This document shows positions 9,923 through 20,854 of a stretch of DNA of 64,000 nucleotides, in pieces (position 1 is the first letter of the stretch; the number at the start of each line of letters is the position of its first letter). The notes beneath the pieces are model-generated. The model was not told where the DNA came from. It did no database searches and saw nothing but the letters and a program-made list of their open reading frames with translations. The stretch is from Spirochaetia bacterium (GTDB taxonomy: Bacteria > Spirochaetota > Spirochaetia > SZUA-6 > Bin103): positions 2,144,001 to 2,208,000 of the forward strand of contig OZ241907.1 in NCBI GenBank assembly GCA_965203515.1, given 5' to 3'. Position numbers and translations under genes: made by a program.

Positions 9923-9994
9923 CCGACCGCCCCAGGCCGCGCCGGCGGCGGCCGGCGCAACCCGGACGCCGCATTCCGGTATACGATAGGCCGC

Positions 9995-12973
9995 ATGTCT
10001 GCGATTCCCGAACCACTGCACGCCGCCGGCGAAGCGATCGACGGATTCACCGTCCGCTCCGTCGATCCCGTGCCGGAGGTGCGCGGCCGCGCCTACCGGA
10101 TCGACCACCGGGCGAGCGGCGCCCGCATCCTGCACGTCCATTGCGACGACCCGGAGAACCTGTTCTCGATCAACTTCCCCACGCCGCCGCCGGACGACAC
10201 CGGCGTGCCGCACATCCTGGAGCACGTGGTCCTGGCCGGCTCCAGACGATTCCCGGTCCGCGAGCCGTTCTTCGAGATGCTGAAGATGAGCATGGCCACC
10301 TTCATCAATGCCATGACCGCGCCGGACTGCACCTACTACCCGGTGGCCAGCAACACCCGCAAGGACCTGTTCAACCTGGCGGAGGTCTACTTCGACGCGG
10401 TGTTCCATCCGCTGCTCACCGAGGATTCCTTCAAGCGGGAGGGGCACCACCTGGCCCCCGCCGACCCGAACGACCCGACCGGAGCGCTGTCGGTGACCGG
10501 CATCGTCTACAACGAGATGAAGGGCGCCTACTCCAGCCCCCTCGCCCGGCTGCACCGCGGCGCCATGCGCAAGCTCCTGCCGGACACGATCTACGGCCGC
10601 TCCTCCGGCGGGGAGCCGGAAGCGATTCCCGACCTCACCTACGACGCCTTCCGCCGCTACCACGCCGACCATTACCAGCCCGGCAACGCCTATTTCTTCC
10701 TGTACGGCGACATCCCGACCCAGGACTACCTGGACTTCCTGGCCGAACGGCTTGCCGGCATCACGAGCCGCACGCCGGCCGTCGACCTGGGTCTGCAACC
10801 GCGCTGGTCCGCGCCGCGCCGCTTCGACGACACCTATCCGATCGAGCCGGACGAGCCGACCGACGGCAAGACCTACCTGATGTTGGCCTGGCTGACCGCT
10901 GACTCCACGGACGTCGACGCCGCGATCGAGTGGCACCTGCTCGACACGGTGCTGTTCGGCCATGAGGCGGCCCCGCTCCGCAAGGCGATCATCGACAGCG
11001 GCATCGGCGCCGATCTGGTCTCGTCCGGCGCGTTCCCGCTGGGACGGGAGACCGCCTTCGCCGTGGGGATCAAGGACAGCGAGGCCGACCGCGACGAGCG
11101 GTTCGCCGAGCTGGTGGTGTCCGCGCTCGGTGACATCGCGGCGCGCGGGGTGACCGCCGAGGAAGTCGACACCGCCCTGCAGCAGGCCGCCTACGATTAC
11201 CGGGAGATCCAGCCCATGCATCCGCTGCACACGCTGGACCGGGTCCTGGACGCCTGGATCTACGGCATGGACCCGCTCACCTTCCTGCGGCTGGGTGAGC
11301 ACCTGGAGGCGTGCCGGCAGCGATACCGGGACGATCCGAAGCTGTTCGACCGGCTGATCCGCGAGCGGCTGCTGGACAATCCGCACCGCCTGAGCATCTG
11401 CCTGCGTCCCGACCCGCAGATGCAGAAACGCACCGACGCCGCCTTCACGGAGCGGATGCGATCGCTGCGCGAGCGCCTGTCCGATGCCGACGCCGAACGG
11501 ATCGCCGAACGGGCCGCGGCGCTGCAGCGCAGCAACAGCCGGCCCAACAGCCCGGAGGCGCTCGCGCGACTGCCGCAGCTTTCGGTCGGCGACCTGCCGG
11601 ACGAGATCACGCATATCGACACGGCCGTGAGCCGCCTCGACGGGGTGGAGCTGTTGCGCAACGACGTGTTCGCCAACGGCGTCAATTACCTGGCCCTGTC
11701 GTTCGATCTGGCCGGCCTGCCGGCGGAGCTGTGGCCCGTCGTGCCGCGCTACACGACCGCGCTCCGCAAACTCGGCGCCGCCGGCCGGGACTATGCCGAG
11801 ATCGCTCGGCGCATGGCGGCCGCCACCGGCGGCATCGGCGCCGCGGTCGGGATCGGCTGCCACGCCGACGGCCTCGACCGGCCGGTGTGGCGGCTGACGG
11901 TCCGGCTCAAGGCGTTGGACGAGCAGATGGAGCCGGCGCTGGCGCTGCTGCGCGATCTGCTGTTCCAGGTCGACCCGCGCGATCGGGACCGGCTGCGCGA
12001 GGTGCTCATCCAGACGCGCTCGCGCTACCGCACCCAGATGGTGCACCAGGGCTTGCACACCGCGCAGACCCACGCCGCCCGCGGCATGAGCGAAGGCGGC
12101 TTCCTCAACGACGTGCTGGGCGGCCTGCCGCAGCTCCACCAGAGCGAACGGCTCGCCGGCTCCTTCGACCGGCACGCCGACGCGCTGATGGATCGGATCG
12201 AATCGATCCGGGACTTCCTGCTCAACCGCTGCCGTCTGGTGGTGAGCTTCACCGGCAGCGACGCGGCCGCCGACGTCACCGCGGCCGCGCTCGGTCACTG
12301 GATACGGACGATGCCGGCCGAGCCGGTGGTCCCCGCCGCCACCGGCTACCAGCCGCTGCCGCCGGCCCATGCCGGGCTGGCCGGGCCGATTCAGGTCGCG
12401 CATTGCGCCAAGGTGATCCCCGCTCCGCACGCCTCCGATCCGGTCGAGGCGCCGTTGCGCGTGGGGGCTCACCTGATCCGCATGGACTACCTGCTGCCCG
12501 AGGTCCGCTTCAAGGGCAACGCGTACGGCGCCCACTTCTCCTACGACTCGCGGGCGGCGCGCGCCTCCTTCGGCTCCTACCGCGACCCGCACGTCGCGCG
12601 GACGCTCGACGTGTTCGACGCCGCGGCGCGCTACGTGGCCGACGCCGCCTGGAGCCGACTCGACATCGACCGCGCCATCATCGCCACCGCCAAGGCCGAC
12701 TTCCGTCCGGTCCGGCCGGGCGAGGCGACCGGCAGCGCGTTGCAACGCCACCTGAGCGGCATCACCCCGGACCTGCGCCGACAACGCTACGAGCGGCTGC
12801 GCCGGGTCACGCCGCAGCAGGTGAAGGAGGCGTTGGCGGCGCTGCTGGAGCCCTCCGAGCAGGCGTCGGTCTGCGTGGTCGCAAGCCGCCAGAAGCTGGA
12901 GGCGGCCAACCGGGAGCTGGCGCAGCCGCTGGCGGTACAGGACATCCTGGGCGGAAGCGATGGCGACGGGTGA
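9995..12973 (+). CDS. M16C insulinase-family metallopeptidase (PreP-like)
   Basis: GVPHILEH (HxxEH), FINAMT, GIVYNEMKG, VRFKGNAYG, SYRDP. Confidence 0.92.
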   Translation: MSAIPEPLHAAGEAIDGFTVRSVDPVPEVRGRAYRIDHRASGARILHVHCDDPENLFSINFPTPPPDDTGVPHILEHVVLAGSRRFPVREPFFEMLKMSMATFINAMTAPDCTYYPVASNTRKDLFNLAEVYFDAVFHPLLTEDSFKREGHHLAPADPNDPTGALSVTGIVYNEMKGAYSSPLARLHRGAMRKLLPDTIYGRSSGGEPEAIPDLTYDAFRRYHADHYQPGNAYFFLYGDIPTQDYLDFLAERLAGITSRTPAVDLGLQPRWSAPRRFDDTYPIEPDEPTDGKTYLMLAWLTADSTDVDAAIEWHLLDTVLFGHEAAPLRKAIIDSGIGADLVSSGAFPLGRETAFAVGIKDSEADRDERFAELVVSALGDIAARGVTAEEVDTALQQAAYDYREIQPMHPLHTLDRVLDAWIYGMDPLTFLRLGEHLEACRQRYRDDPKLFDRLIRERLLDNPHRLSICLRPDPQMQKRTDAAFTERMRSLRERLSDADAERIAERAAALQRSNSRPNSPEALARLPQLSVGDLPDEITHIDTAVSRLDGVELLRNDVFANGVNYLALSFDLAGLPAELWPVVPRYTTALRKLGAAGRDYAEIARRMAAATGGIGAAVGIGCHADGLDRPVWRLTVRLKALDEQMEPALALLRDLLFQVDPRDRDRLREVLIQTRSRYRTQMVHQGLHTAQTHAARGMSEGGFLNDVLGGLPQLHQSERLAGSFDRHADALMDRIESIRDFLLNRCRLVVSFTGSDAAADVTAAALGHWIRTMPAEPVVPAATGYQPLPPAHAGLAGPIQVAHCAKVIPAPHASDPVEAPLRVGAHLIRMDYLLPEVRFKGNAYGAHFSYDSRAARASFGSYRDPHVARTLDVFDAAARYVADAAWSRLDIDRAIIATAKADFRPVRPGEATGSALQRHLSGITPDLRRQRYERLRRVTPQQVKEALAALLEPSEQASVCVVASRQKLEAANRELAQPLAVQDILGGSDGDG

Positions 12974-12994
12974 CGCCGCCGCCGGCAGGGGACG

Positions 12995-14413
12995 CTAGCC
13001 GGCCGTACCCTGATCGGCGGCGCCGGCTCGCGGGGCCAGCCACGTAAGGCGGCCGCCGCGGCCCAGGCGCTGCACCAGCACCGCCAGTTCCAGCAGGTGG
13101 TAGTCGCCCCACATGCACGCCTCGCCGGCGGGCACGGCGCTGCCGGCCGGCACGTGATCCCAGCCGTTGGGGCGGTGGTACACGGTGTGCAGCAGCAGCC
13201 CCTGGTGGCTGGCTTCCTCCGCCAGGTACGGCGCCCCGAACAGCGTACGGGCCGCGGTCAGGCCGGCCTGCGAGTAGCGCTGCGCCGCTGCCTCGTCGCC
13301 GCCGGCCAGCGCCGCGCCCAGCCGCAGCAGCCCCTGCGCGGCGATGGCCGCCGCGGACGCGTCGACCGGTTCGGCCGGATTGTCCGGTTCGGCCGGCCGG
13401 CTGCGCCAATCGCCGAGCAGCGCCAGCCCCGGCGCCCCCGTGTCCCAGTACGGAATTCCGTCGCTCGCCGTGTTGGCGATCATGAAGTCGGCGGTCACCC
13501 GCGCCGCCTGCAGCAGCCGCTCGCGGGCGGCCCGGACCGACTCCATCGACGGAACGGCCAGCTCGGCGACCTCGTCCGGGTCGCACCACGCCAGCAGTTC
13601 CACCAGCTCGGCGTAGCCGAGCACGGCCCAGGCCAGCCCGCGGGTCCAGGTGGAGAACGGCGAGTAGCCCTGCTGGGTGCTCGGACAGCGATAGCTGCCG
13701 TCGTTGACGTTGAAGATCGACTCGTGCGCGACGCGGCCGGCGACGTCGTAGGCGTCGCGGTCCGCTCCAAAGTAGACGTTGTAGCGCGCCGTGGTCTCGG
13801 CGTGCCGGAGGGCGCGGCCGAGCAGCGAGATGCGGCGGTCGCGCTCGCCCATCAGGACGTGGCCCAGGTCGTGGGCGGCGGCCAGCACGCGCATCGAGCG
13901 AATGGTGTCGATGAACAGCGAGTGCGGCCCGTTGAACGAATAGACGTAGCCGAGCTCGCCGGGGAGCGCGGTCCAGCGCGCCGCCTGCACGGCGCCGGAG
14001 ACGCTGATCGCAAGGCGGCAGGTCTCCACGTCGCCCTCGCCTGCCCGCCACCGCCCCTCCCGGGCCAGACGGAGCAGGTTGCCGTAGGTGCTCATGGTGT
14101 TGAAGCCGTGGTCGTGCACGCCGACGTGGCTCAGGTGCGGCGCCATGCGCTCCATGGTCTGCCGCCTGCCCAGGTCGAGCAGTTCCTCGTCTCCGCCGCC
14201 GTCGAAGGCGAGCAGCGCGCAGCCGTACCGGAAGCCCTCCGTCCACTCGGTCCAGCCGCGTTGCGTGTAGCGGCCGGCGACCGTGTAGACCGGCGCGCCG
14301 CGGCTCCGGTCCCAGGCCGCCTCGAGGTCGCGCACCTTGCCGGCCGCGACCGCGAACACCCGGCTCGCCGCGCCGGCCAGGTCCGCGGCGTTCACCTTCA
14401 CGTCGACCTGCAT
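12995..14413 (-). CDS. Glycoside hydrolase family 88-like protein
   Basis: WTEWTEGF, HDHGF, FIDTI, QQGYSPFSTWTRGLAW, PYWD, DASAAAI, MWGDY. Confidence 0.75.
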   Translation of the reverse strand: MQVDVKVNAADLAGAASRVFAVAAGKVRDLEAAWDRSRGAPVYTVAGRYTQRGWTEWTEGFRYGCALLAFDGGGDEELLDLGRRQTMERMAPHLSHVGVHDHGFNTMSTYGNLLRLAREGRWRAGEGDVETCRLAISVSGAVQAARWTALPGELGYVYSFNGPHSLFIDTIRSMRVLAAAHDLGHVLMGERDRRISLLGRALRHAETTARYNVYFGADRDAYDVAGRVAHESIFNVNDGSYRCPSTQQGYSPFSTWTRGLAWAVLGYAELVELLAWCDPDEVAELAVPSMESVRAARERLLQAARVTADFMIANTASDGIPYWDTGAPGLALLGDWRSRPAEPDNPAEPVDASAAAIAAQGLLRLGAALAGGDEAAAQRYSQAGLTAARTLFGAPYLAEEASHQGLLLHTVYHRPNGWDHVPAGSAVPAGEACMWGDYHLLELAVLVQRLGRGGRLTWLAPRAGAADQGTAG

Positions 14414-14446
14414 GGTTCCTCCTGCCCTGCTCGGGCTCGATTGCGT

Positions 14447-15271
14447 TTACAGGCGCTTCAGGCGGAAGCCGCCGTCGACGTCGATGACCGTGCCCTGCGA
14501 GAAGGGGAACGCCCCGGACAGGAGCGCCGCCACCGCCGATCCCACGTCCTCCGGCGTTCCCCAGCGCCGCTGCGGCACCAGGCCGTCGGCGATGAGCGCG
14601 TCGTACTTGGCGGTCACCGCCGCGGTCATGTCGGTGCGCATGATGCCGGGCCGCACCTCGTAGACCGCTATGTCTTCCGCCGCGAGCCGCGCCGCCCACA
14701 GTTCGCGAGACATCGACAGCCCCGCCTTGGAGATGCAGTACTCGCCGCGCGTGTCGGAGGCGTACTCGGCCGAGATCGACGTCACGAACACCACGCTCCG
14801 CGGCCGCCGCGGGCGCGCGTCCCCGGTCAGCCAGCGGCGGGCCACCGCCTGCGTCAGGAAGTGCGGGCCGGACAGGTTGACGCGCAACACCTCGTCGAAC
14901 GATTCCTCGGTGGCGTCGATCAGATCGTCGCGCCGCCGCGGCGCGATGCCGGCATTGTTGACCAGCGCGTCGAGCGCGCCGAACTCGGCGTGTACCTCGT
15001 CGAGCAGCCGCTGCCGATCGGCCGCGCTCGCCACGTCGGCGCGATGGGCGGTAAACCGCTGCCCGACCGGTGAGCCGGCCGCCATCCGTTCCTCCGCCTT
15101 CCGGCAGCAGACCTCCAGCGTCCGCCGAGCCGCCGCCTCGTCGCTGCGGTAGCAGATCGCCACGGAGCAGCCGGCGTCGGCCAGCGCTACCGCCACGCCG
15201 CGGCCAAGGCCCCGGCTGCCGCCCGTGATCAGCACGGCCGGGACCAGCACGGCCGGGACCTGATCGATCAT
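14447..15271 (-). CDS. SDR family oxidoreductase (3-ketoacyl-ACP reductase-like)
   Basis: TGGSRGLG, LVNNAG, YCISK (YxxxK), DVDGG. ATG overlaps the phyH-like stop. Confidence 0.9.
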   Translation of the reverse strand: MIDQVPAVLVPAVLITGGSRGLGRGVAVALADAGCSVAICYRSDEAAARRTLEVCCRKAEERMAAGSPVGQRFTAHRADVASAADRQRLLDEVHAEFGALDALVNNAGIAPRRRDDLIDATEESFDEVLRVNLSGPHFLTQAVARRWLTGDARPRRPRSVVFVTSISAEYASDTRGEYCISKAGLSMSRELWAARLAAEDIAVYEVRPGIMRTDMTAAVTAKYDALIADGLVPQRRWGTPEDVGSAVAALLSGAFPFSQGTVIDVDGGFRLKRL

Positions 15272-16110
15272 GGCGACGGGCGGCCGGCCGCCGGCTCGCC
15301 TGCCGAGCGGAGGACGGGCCGGTCCAGGCGCGAATGATACGGCGGTTCCAGCACCAGCCGTTGCTCGGGACTCATCAGCGCCAGCATCTCCGCCGGCCAG
15401 GCATGGGGCACGTAGGCGAGGTTGCCGGGCGAAAAGCGGAACAGGGCCGTGCGGCGCTGGTGGTCGGCGGTCCACGGCAGCGTGCCGTGCGTGACCGCCT
15501 CGGTGAAGATCACGCAATCGCCGGCCTTGCAGGTGATCTGCTTCACGAACTCCCGGTACGACTCGCCCCGGCGCAGCGCGGCCGGGCACGGAAAGTTGCC
15601 CTTGTGGCTGCCGGGCACCAGGCAGAGGCCGCCGTCGCCGGGGTTGACGTCGGCGAGCTGGTAGGCGGCGACCGTGAGGCCGTTGTGCATCCGGCCGTCT
15701 CTGCAGACGTAGTACTGGTGACGGTCGAAGCCGGGACCCGACGAGCCGTGCAGCACGTGGCCTTCGGCGCCGCGCCGCATGGTGATGACCGCCAGGTCGT
15801 GATCCAGGCGGAATCCGGGGCCGAGCAGTTCGTGCAGACAGGGCACGACCCTTCGATTCACCAGCATGTCCCGGAACGGGCGGCCGTACGGCTCTTCCCA
15901 GCGCAGCGCCCCGCCCAGGTCGCCGCGGCCGGTGCTGCCCTGCAGCGCCGGCGAGCCGCCGGCGAGGGAGTCTTCCCCGACCCGCTCGCGTATCTGTCCG
16001 GCATGCCGATCGATGGCGGCGTTGGCCAGGGCGACGTCCTCGGCCGAAAGCGCGTTGCGGACGACGATATAGCCGTTGATGTCGAACAGATACTTCTGAT
16101 CTTCGGTCAT
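15268..16110 (-). CDS. Phytanoyl-CoA dioxygenase (PhyH) family protein
   Basis: [40 protein letters not shown]. Confidence 0.85.
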   Translation of the reverse strand: MTEDQKYLFDINGYIVVRNALSAEDVALANAAIDRHAGQIRERVGEDSLAGGSPALQGSTGRGDLGGALRWEEPYGRPFRDMLVNRRVVPCLHELLGPGFRLDHDLAVITMRRGAEGHVLHGSSGPGFDRHQYYVCRDGRMHNGLTVAAYQLADVNPGDGGLCLVPGSHKGNFPCPAALRRGESYREFVKQITCKAGDCVIFTEAVTHGTLPWTADHQRRTALFRFSPGNLAYVPHAWPAEMLALMSPEQRLVLEPPYHSRLDRPVLRSAGEPAAGRPSP

Positions 16111-16216
16111 GGTGGGGCCTGCCGCCAAAGGATGCCGCAGCGCCGACGCGTCCGCAAGCATCGACCGTGCGGGGGCGCCGTTGCGACGATCGGCCGATCA
16201 TGGTCAGAGTGAGCGC

Positions 16217-17662
16217 GTGGCTTCCTCCTACCGTCGCGTCGCTTCGCTGAAGTCGGCCGATCGATTCGCCGAGCACCTGCACCGACTCGGCATCGCCGAG
16301 CGGCTCCCCTTCGCCGCCGGCGATACCGCCGGACCGCTGTCTGCGCCGCTGACGCTGCCGGACGGCCGGATCGCAGGCAACCGCTTCTGCGTGCAGCCGA
16401 TGGAAGGGTGGGACGGCACCGCCGACGGGCGGCCCTCGGCCCTGGTCGAGCGGCGCTGGCGCGCCTTCGGCCGCTCCGGCGCCAAACTCGTCTGGGGATG
16501 CGAGGCGGTGGCCGTCGAGCACGCCGGGCGCGCCAACCCCAACCAGCTCCGCATCGGCGAGGACACGATCGACGGCTTGGCGGCGCTGCGCGGCGTGCTG
16601 GTCGGCGAGCATCGGGAGCGCTACGGCGCCGACGACGATCTGCTGGTCGGCCTGCAGCTCACCCACTCCGGGCGGTTCTGCCGGCCGACCGACCAGGCGC
16701 GCGCCGAGCCGTGGATCCCGGCGCGCCATCCGGTCCTGGACCGGCGCTTCGGCATCGCCGCCGATCATCCCGTGGCCGCCGACGCGGAGATCGAGGCGCT
16801 GGTGGAGCGCTTCATCGCGTCCGGCGTGCTGGCCCGGCAGGCCGGCTTCGACTTCGTGGACGTCAAGCATTGTCACGGCTACTTCGCGCACGAGCTGCTG
16901 GGCTGCCGCGACCGGCCGGGGCGGTTCGGCGGCGACCTGAAAAACCGCACCCGGTTCCTGCGCGAGGTGGCGGCCGGCCTCCGCCGCCGCGCTCCGGGGC
17001 TGCTGATCGGCGTGCGGCTCAGCGCCTTCGACGCCGTTCCCTTCCAGCCTTCAGGCGACGAGGGGACCGGCGAGCCGACGCCGGTGGCGCTGCCGTACCG
17101 TTCGGGATTCGGCGTCTCTCCGGACGATCCGACCGCCGTGGACCTCACCGAGACCTGCGCGTTCCTGGAGCTGCTGCAGCGGCTCGACATACCGCTGGTC
17201 AACATCACCGCCGGCAGCCCCTACTACACGCCTCATCTGCAGCGCCCGGCGCTGTTCCCGCCGTCCGACGGCTACCGGCCGCCCGAGGATCCGCTGGTCG
17301 GCGTGGCGCGGCAGATCGACGTCGTGCGCGAGCTGAAGCGGCGCTTCCCTGGCCTGATCTTCGTCGGTTCGGCGTACAGCTATCTGCAGGAATGGCTGCC
17401 GGCCGTGGCCGCCGAGGTGGTGCGCCGCGGGCATGCCGACGCGGTCGGACTGGGCCGCATGATGCTCTCCTATCCCGATCTGCCGCACGACGTGTTGAAC
17501 GGCCTGCCGCTCGCCCGCAAGCGCATCTGCCGCACGTTCAGCGACTGCACGACCGCTCCCCGCAAGGGCCTGATCTCCGGCTGCTTCCCCCTCGACCCGT
17601 TCTACCGCGACCGCCCCGAAGCGCAGCGCCTGCAGGAGCTCAAGTCCGCTTCCGCATCGTAG
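16217..17662 (+). CDS. NADH:flavin oxidoreductase (Old Yellow Enzyme family)
   Basis: [49 protein letters not shown]. Confidence 0.9.
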   Translation: MASSYRRVASLKSADRFAEHLHRLGIAERLPFAAGDTAGPLSAPLTLPDGRIAGNRFCVQPMEGWDGTADGRPSALVERRWRAFGRSGAKLVWGCEAVAVEHAGRANPNQLRIGEDTIDGLAALRGVLVGEHRERYGADDDLLVGLQLTHSGRFCRPTDQARAEPWIPARHPVLDRRFGIAADHPVAADAEIEALVERFIASGVLARQAGFDFVDVKHCHGYFAHELLGCRDRPGRFGGDLKNRTRFLREVAAGLRRRAPGLLIGVRLSAFDAVPFQPSGDEGTGEPTPVALPYRSGFGVSPDDPTAVDLTETCAFLELLQRLDIPLVNITAGSPYYTPHLQRPALFPPSDGYRPPEDPLVGVARQIDVVRELKRRFPGLIFVGSAYSYLQEWLPAVAAEVVRRGHADAVGLGRMMLSYPDLPHDVLNGLPLARKRICRTFSDCTTAPRKGLISGCFPLDPFYRDRPEAQRLQELKSASAS

Positions 17663-17752
17663 TTGACCCGACGATCGATTGATACTACTTGTAAAGGAGG
17701 AGAATGAAGTGAACTGACCGACGACTCGACGGCACTTTATGGAGGTTTGAAA

Positions 17753-18073
17753 ATGTACGATCATTACACATACCGTATCACGTGGTCTTGCGAAGACGAC
17801 GAATACGTAGCGCTCTGCGCCGAGTTCCCGTTGCTGAGCTGGCTGGCGCCCACGCCGCAGGAAGCTCTCGCCGGGATGCAGGAACTGATCCGAGACGTCA
17901 TCGCAGATATGCAGGCCCACGGTGAGATACCGCCCGAACCCCTCGCGGACCGAAAGTACAGCGGGAGATTCGTAGTGCGGGTACCACCCGAAACCCATCG
18001 GGAGCTGGTGATGCAGGCGGCCGAAGAAGGCGTGAGTCTGAATCGGCTTGCGAGCGCCCGGCTGGCGAGATGA
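17753..18073 (+). CDS. hicB: HicB family antitoxin (orphan)
   Basis: YTYRITWSCEDDEYVALCAEFP; C-terminal RHH YSGRFVVRVPPETHREL...EGVSLN. Confidence 0.88.
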   Translation: MYDHYTYRITWSCEDDEYVALCAEFPLLSWLAPTPQEALAGMQELIRDVIADMQAHGEIPPEPLADRKYSGRFVVRVPPETHRELVMQAAEEGVSLNRLASARLAR

Positions 18074-18104
18074 TCCGTCGCCCCGCATCGAGATCGACGA
18101 GCCG

Positions 18105-18227
18105 ATGACGCGCGTAACCGGCGATCTCCTCGACCGCATGGTTCAGACCATCGTCGATGAGGTCGATACCGAGCAGGTCCTGGCCCGCGCGCTGCGCGAA
18201 GGAACGGTGCTCTATGAGCGACGGTAA
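18105..18227 (+). pseudogene. Internally deleted minimal nucleotidyltransferase (MNT antitoxin)
   Basis: MTRVTGDLLDRMVQTIVDEVDTEQV joined directly to LARALREGTVLYERR; the catalytic LFGS..DxD core is absent. Confidence 0.65.
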
Positions 18228-19539
18228 GTGCGCGCGCGTATTGCTCGACTCCGCCGACCGCGAAGTGAAAGACGGCGCGCATCCGCAGATACCGTACGGC
18301 TGGGCCGACTTCGAGGCGATCCGCCGCGAGGGCTGTCTGTACGTCGACAAGACGCGCTTTCTGCACGACCTGGAGCAGGAGCGGTACGCCTTTCTGATCC
18401 GCCCCCGCCGCTTCGGCAAGTCGTGCTGGGTCGCACTGCTGGCCTGCTACTACGACCGCACCCGCGCCGACCGCTTCGCGACGCTGTTCGCGGGCACGGA
18501 CATCGGGCGCCGGCCGACGCCGAACCGGCACCGCTACGTCATCCTGCACTTCGACTTCTCCGCGTTCGACGATACCCCGGAGACGCTGCGCGAACGGTTC
18601 GAGTACTACTGCTTTCAACAGCTCCGCTACGCGCTGGAGTGCAACCCCGACCTGTTCCCGGCAGCGACGGTGCGGCGCATCCTGGCGGCGCCAACCATCG
18701 ATACGAAACTGAACGAGCTGTTCCTGCACGCGCGAAGGCACGGCATCCCGTTGTACGTGCTCATCGACGAGTACGACAACTTCGCCAACACCATCCTGGC
18801 CTATCGCGGGTCGGAGGCGTATCACTCCTTCACGCACGGCGGCGGCTTCTACCGCAACTTCTTCGCCACCCTCAAGGCGGGCGCCGGCTACGGCGGCGGC
18901 ATCGAGCGCCTGTTCGTCACCGGCGTCTCCCCGATCACCATGGACGACGTGACCAGCGGCTTCAACATCGGCGCCAACCTCAGCCTGCGACCGGAGTTCA
19001 ACGAGCTGCTCGGCTTCACGGAAGCGGAGGTGCGCGCCGTGCTGGAGCGCTACCGCCGGCACGGCGTGTTCGATCAGGACGTGGACCAGGCGATGGCGGT
19101 AATGGGCGAATGGTACAACGGCTACCGCTTCGCCGCGGGCGCGCCGAACGATCTCTACCACACCGACCTGGTGCTCTACTATCTGAAGTGGTCGATCCCG
19201 AACCGACCGCCGCCGCACGATCCGATCGATCGCAATGTCCGCATCGATTACGGCAAGCTGCGCCATCTGCTCACCGTCAACCAGCGCCTGAACGGCAACT
19301 TCGACCTGCTGCGCCACGTCCTCGGCGCAGGCCGGGTGGACGGCGATCTGCAGGACGGGTTTCCCCTGGAGCGTCTGACGGAGCGGGAAAACTTCCTGTC
19401 GCTGCTCCACTACTTCGGCCTGCTCAGCATCCGCGAGGTACGCGAGCAGGCGGTCCGGTTGGGGATTCCCAACCAGACCGTCAAGCGCCTGATGTACGGC
19501 TATCTGCGCGACGGCGTGCCCCGCCGTCGGCTTGAATGA
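18214..19539 (+). pseudogene. AAA-ATPase-like (PF09820-type) protein, C-terminally truncated, with a foreign N-terminus
   Basis: IPYGWADFEAIR, YVDKT, RPRRFGKS, LIDEYD, FVTGVSP, WYNGY. Ends just after IPNQTVK without the usual C-terminal PD-(D/E)xK domain and abuts the fdh stop. Confidence 0.7.
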
Positions 19540-20757
19540 CTAGTCGGCCTTGAACTTCGCCGCCTCCTCGGAGCCGCCGGTGGCGTCGCCCTCGCTGTAG
19601 GAGTGCGCTCCCGTGCCGGCCAGCGCGCCGCCCTGCACGATCAGGTACTCGTCCCGTATCGGCTTGCCGTCGAACCAGCACTCCAGAATCTCGCGCACTC
19701 CGGCCGCGTACCGGGCCTGCGCCGACAACGAGGTGCCCGACGTGTGCGGCGTCAACGCCTGATTCGGCATGGTGCGCCACGGGTGATCGTTGGGCGGCGG
19801 CTGCGGGAACCAGACGTCGCCGGCGTACCCGGCGAGCTGGCCGCTCTCCAGCGCCCGCACGATGGCGTCCCGGTCGCAGATCTTGCCGCGAGCGGTGTTC
19901 ACCAGGTACGACCCGCGCCGCATCCTGCCGATCAACTCATCGTCGAACAGATGCTCCGTCTCCGGATGGAGCGGGCAATGGATGCTCACCACGTCGCAGG
20001 CGGCGACCAGCGATTCGACGCGGTCGTGAAAGGTCAGGCCCAACTCCTGCTCGACGCTGTCCGGCAGGCGGTGCCGGTCGGTGTAGTGCAGATCGACGTC
20101 GAACGGCTTCATCCGCCTCAGCACCGCCAAGCCGATCCGGCCGGCCGCCACCACGCCCACGGCCATGCCCTCGATGTCATAGGACCGGGAGACCGCATCC
20201 GCGATGTTCCACCCGCCCCGGACGACCCACCCGTGCTGCGGGATGTAATCCCGCACCAGCGCCAGCATCTGCATGACCGCATGCTCCGCGACGCTGATGC
20301 TGTTGCACCACGTCACCTCGCACACGGTGATGTTCCGGCCGATGGCCGACTGCAAGTCGACGTGGTCCGAGCCGATGCCGGCGGTGATGGCCAGCTTGAG
20401 GTTGGGCGCCTTGGCGATCCGCTCGGCGGTCAGGTACGCCGGCCAGAACGGCTGCGAAATGACGATGTCGGCATCGGTCAGCTCCTGCTCGAACGCCGAT
20501 TCGGGGCCGTCCTTGTCCGAGGTGACCACGAACGTATGGCCGCGCTCGGCCAGGAACGGCTCCAGGCCGAGCCCGCCGGAAACGGAACCCAGCAGATGGC
20601 CGGGCGTGAAGTCGATGGCCGCCGGCGTCGGCATGGTCTGGCCGTCCGGGTACTGAGCAAGCGTGGGGATGCTGTTCCGGGCGTACGGGGGAGGGAACCC
20701 TCCCACCGGATCGTCGTACAGGACGCAGAGCACCTTCTGTGCGGCATTGGAGCCCAT
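19540..20757 (-). CDS. fdh: NAD-dependent formate dehydrogenase
   Basis: KVLCVLYDDP, ISQPFWPAYLT, TAGIGSDHVDL, AAGRIG, GYAGDVWFPQP, TPHTSGTSLSAQARYA. Confidence 0.97.
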   Translation of the reverse strand: MGSNAAQKVLCVLYDDPVGGFPPPYARNSIPTLAQYPDGQTMPTPAAIDFTPGHLLGSVSGGLGLEPFLAERGHTFVVTSDKDGPESAFEQELTDADIVISQPFWPAYLTAERIAKAPNLKLAITAGIGSDHVDLQSAIGRNITVCEVTWCNSISVAEHAVMQMLALVRDYIPQHGWVVRGGWNIADAVSRSYDIEGMAVGVVAAGRIGLAVLRRMKPFDVDLHYTDRHRLPDSVEQELGLTFHDRVESLVAACDVVSIHCPLHPETEHLFDDELIGRMRRGSYLVNTARGKICDRDAIVRALESGQLAGYAGDVWFPQPPPNDHPWRTMPNQALTPHTSGTSLSAQARYAAGVREILECWFDGKPIRDEYLIVQGGALAGTGAHSYSEGDATGGSEEAAKFKAD

Positions 20758-20854
20758 TGTGTGGAACCTCTCAGGTCTGGAGTATAGCTCCGCCGAGCTT
20801 AGACCGAACCGCCGTTTCCCCGCAAACGCGGACCGACTGCGGTCTGCTCGCTTT

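Noticed and set aside
9923..9990. GC-rich hairpin after the BMP gene as a terminator
   Set aside because: Imperfect stem with no U-tract; not supportable.
8792..12784. 1330-aa antisense ORF and similar long shadow ORFs (e.g. 429-2345, 27137-30082, 27612-29795)
   Set aside because: They overlap well-supported genes, lack motifs, and are expected in stop-poor high-GC DNA.
14447..16891. 814-aa fused ORF, and other over-extended starts (20988-22295, 21668, 24228-26132, 26112, 47393, 51063)
   Set aside because: Upstream parts overlap other real genes; starts were reassigned using motifs and stop/start overlaps.
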